Assembly (NCBI GenBank): GCA_013239625.1
Contig: MU054220.1
Location: 7,909,367-7,973,366 of the forward strand
From: Lama guanicoe
Lineage: Eukaryota
DNA: 64,000 bases
Direction: 5' to 3'
Below are positions 63,444 to 64,000 of this stretch, one piece after another; the stretch's first letter is position 1, and every line of letters begins with the position of its first letter. Below the pieces are notes generated by a model. The model searched no databases. It saw only the letters and a program-made list of their open reading frames with translations, and was not told the origin of the DNA. Position numbers and translations under genes: made by a program.

Positions 63444-64000
63444 GAGGGTTAACTTTGCAGGACTGTTCTAAACCTCCTGCTTTAAGTTGTGAGTACTGAA
63501 AATTTATACTTTCTCTGAACACCAGCCTTCAGTTTATCTGTTTTTATTCTTTTAGACTAAGCCTCTTTATACAAATTGATGTCAAATTAAAGCAGAGTTT
63601 TCAAATACTAATAAATATTTTCACTTAGCTATGCTTTTGTGTGCTCCTTTTAAACTGTATTTGGGAAAAATCTGGGAGAACTGTTGTCTTTTAATTGACA
63701 GGAAAGGTTCAAATCCCCCAGGTTTCAGTTTTTGATGAGCTGTGAAGAAGGCTTTTTAATGAGTTGGTGAGTGACATTGATTACCATTAAATCACATTAA
63801 GCAGAGGAAACAATGCTATTAACGTATTGTTTTCTGGATCCCATAATAGCTTGTACATGGGCAGCCTTAAAGATTAGCAACCCCCCAGAAGATACAGAGC
63901 AACTAATAATTCACTCTGAAGAGTAACAGGAAAAATATTCATAGCCATAATTTACTGGTATCTTCAAAGGTTATAATCAAGACAAATTTCAGAATTAAAA

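Noticed and set aside
1..64000. Prokaryote-type systems (CRISPR array, operon, defence island)
   Set aside because: The sequence is mammalian repeat-rich DNA, with no regularly spaced direct repeats and no gene-dense ORF organisation.

Overview
AT-rich, CpG-poor, repeat-dense mammalian (eutherian) non-coding DNA, either intergenic or deep intronic. It is most likely camelid, based on a tRNA-derived vic-1-type SINE at 52.7 kb and camelid/artiodactyl-type L1 3' ends. I found no recognisable protein-coding gene, true RNA gene or CRISPR array. Nearly all ORFs in the track are chance ORFs or pieces of L1, Tigger1 or MaLR repeats. Much of the window is transposon-derived: L1, L2, MIR, CR1/L3, Tigger1, MER5/Charlie, MaLR (including one two-LTR provirus) and three ERV1-type solo LTRs. 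The most notable features are: (i) a very recent 2,279-bp-period duplication at the window start (1-979 = 2280-3258, 6 transitions), whose unit holds a CpG-rich Tigger1 with apparent GC-biased substitutions; (ii) a GC-rich, poly(A)-tailed retrocopy of an unidentified mRNA 3' end at about 15.86-16.55 kb; (iii) several template-switch-like scars (a 24-bp direct repeat copied into a TG microsatellite, a perfect 28-bp palindrome, a 13-bp stem); (iv) a few splice-site-flanked candidate exons and repeat-free, motif-dense candidate enhancers. I did not find convincing evidence of a novel biological system. Repeat family names come from my recollection of consensus sequences. Boundaries are approximate unless TSDs or termini are quoted.
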